In this document: in pieces, positions 63,038-64,000 of the stretch
How positions within the stretch are numbered: position 1 is the stretch's first letter
How the letters are laid out: the number at the start of each line of letters is the position of its first letter
DNA from: an uncultured Gammaproteobacteria bacterium
Lineage (GTDB): Bacteria > Patescibacteriota > Microgenomatia > UBA1406 > GWC2-37-13
DNA: 64,000 bases
NCBI GenBank assembly: GCA_964530005.1
Contig: CAZGZD010000001.1
Location: 33,541-97,540, forward strand
Direction of reading: 5' to 3'
Position numbers and translations under genes: made by a program
The notes under the pieces: model-generated
Database searches by the model: none
Seen by the model: only the letters and a program-made list of their open reading frames with translations
Told to the model about the DNA's origin: nothing

Positions 63038-63604
63038 ATGAAGCTCACTATAGCGATAGTCGCAGCATGCCTTGCAGTTGTCGGCAATGTGCCATACCTT
63101 CGAGATATTGTCCAAGGTCGGGTCAAGCCGCATGCTTATTCTTGGCTTGTATGGACAGTAGTCTCAGGTATCACTTTTTTTGGGCAACTCGCCAAAGGCG
63201 CAGGTGTTGGGGCGATATCAACTGCAGCATCGGAGATATTTACCGTCATCATTTTCTTATTCTCACTGCGGTACGGATTCAAGCCTGTCAAAAAAATAGA
63301 TACTCTTTTCCTACTCATCGCTCTTCTCGGAATCATTCCTTGGATCATAACACGCGATCCCACAGTATCTGTCATAATCGCTGTCTCGATTGATCTTATT
63401 GCCTTCACACCCACTATTCGAAAGACGTGGAAGCACCCAACAACCGAGACCCCGATGCTTTATAGCATGAATGTACTTCGACATATCCTCGCGCTTTTTT
63501 CCCTACAGGCATACAATATCGCAACCACACTCCACTCTATCGCTATGATTACTGTGAATTCGTGTATGACTCTGCTTCTGACTGTAAAAAGGAAGAATAG
63601 ATAG
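63038..63604 (+). CDS. Polytopic membrane protein (possibly PQ-loop-like)
   Basis: The ATG at 63038 gives MKLTIAIVAACLAVVGNVPYL. About six hydrophobic helices. The ORF-track start at 62996 is a TTG. Confidence 0.5.
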   Translation: MKLTIAIVAACLAVVGNVPYLRDIVQGRVKPHAYSWLVWTVVSGITFFGQLAKGAGVGAISTAASEIFTVIIFLFSLRYGFKPVKKIDTLFLLIALLGIIPWIITRDPTVSVIIAVSIDLIAFTPTIRKTWKHPTTETPMLYSMNVLRHILALFSLQAYNIATTLHSIAMITVNSCMTLLLTVKRKNR

Positions 63605-63645
63605 GGGATTTTTTTGCTTTACAATATAGCACTTGTTATTGAGGG

Positions 63646-64000
63646 CTAGAAATACTGTTCATACTGCACATTATTATTCCACTTATTAAAATCAATCCAT
63701 CGTATTGAAGTTGGCGTAATCTTGAAAAAAGCAAAAGCGCCTCTTTTAATCTTGGTTATCGGAAGAGCCTCCCATGATCTGCTGCTTTTTTCAGATATCT
63801 CAATCAGCTTCTCTGAGATTGCAATAATCTCATCGGCATGATCTACCTCTTTCGCCGCGCCTTCTACTTGGACTGTCTGAAGAGAAGTCTGATCCGACAC
63901 CACCAGTGCGACTCTATTATTTTTTTGAATATTTTTATACTTCATAGTTGAGTCTTTTGTCATAAAGTAAAAATTAAGACTTTCATCTGTGAAGTAAAAT
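63646..64000 (-). CDS. Pyridoxamine 5'-phosphate oxidase-like FMN-binding protein; 5' end beyond the window
   Basis: The frame stays open upstream of the ATG at 63963 (...FYFTDESLNFYFMTKDSTMKYKNIQKNNRVALVV), matching the split-barrel family pattern. The gene probably starts outside the window. Confidence 0.55.
   Translation of the reverse strand, partial: FYFTDESLNFYFMTKDSTMKYKNIQKNNRVALVVSDQTSLQTVQVEGAAKEVDHADEIIAISEKLIEISEKSSRSWEALPITKIKRGAFAFFKITPTSIRWIDFNKWNNNVQYEQYF

Noticed and set aside
1-64000. An alternative genetic code (UGA reassignment, as in some CPR lineages)
   Set aside because: TGA terminates well-supported genes at family-typical lengths (pth at 46325-46327; the gene upstream of copZ). 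Long ORFs, including the 11.2-kb gene, are intact under the standard code.

Overview
This is a 64-kb stretch of a compact, AT-leaning bacterial chromosome. It reads cleanly with the standard code, and TGA ends well-supported genes such as pth. The gene style fits a reduced monoderm such as a Patescibacteria/CPR-type organism, but that assignment is inference only. Supporting traits are LPXTG-type sorting signals, cohesin/dockerin/FN3 surface proteins, very short or overlapping gene junctions, promoters 5-11 nt from start codons, an orphan VirD4-like ATPase, a DUF5663-like gene and a 3734-aa giant ORF.

Housekeeping genes recognised by motif are a YdjC-type deacetylase, two GT2 enzymes, TrmH/SpoU, def, rpmB, an M50 protease, pth, a GH18-like hydrolase, transaldolase, riboflavin kinase, gdh, an SDR, a PRTase and tRNA-Arg(GCG). 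The right end (57.6-63.0 kb) is a CsoR-controlled copper cluster with copZ, copA, two cupredoxin-like domains, DUF305 and VKOR.

The most interesting content:
1. A convergent two-operon accessory locus at about 26.1-44.9 kb. It pairs an HTH protein, a JAB-like protein and an IMPase/HldC-like fusion with an atypical kinase-like protein, a giant GT9 + triple-PP2C protein, a DUF5663-like protein and a tail-anchored coiled-coil protein.
2. A related locus at 10.9-16.3 kb beside the VirD4-like ATPase.
3. Proline-rich N-termini (often MP[ED]xP) and a DPDAVIDxLAGxG-type motif shared across these proteins.
4. A roughly 1.4-kb island at 3.0-4.5 kb encoding a lipoprotein with actinobacterial-style GC3-rich codons.
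5. A four-copy structured intergenic element.
6. A cohesin-dockerin / Cys-rich surface-protein cluster next to DsbB.

I saw no CRISPR array, rRNA, transposase or integrase. All domain calls come from reading motifs by eye; no database search or computation was run.
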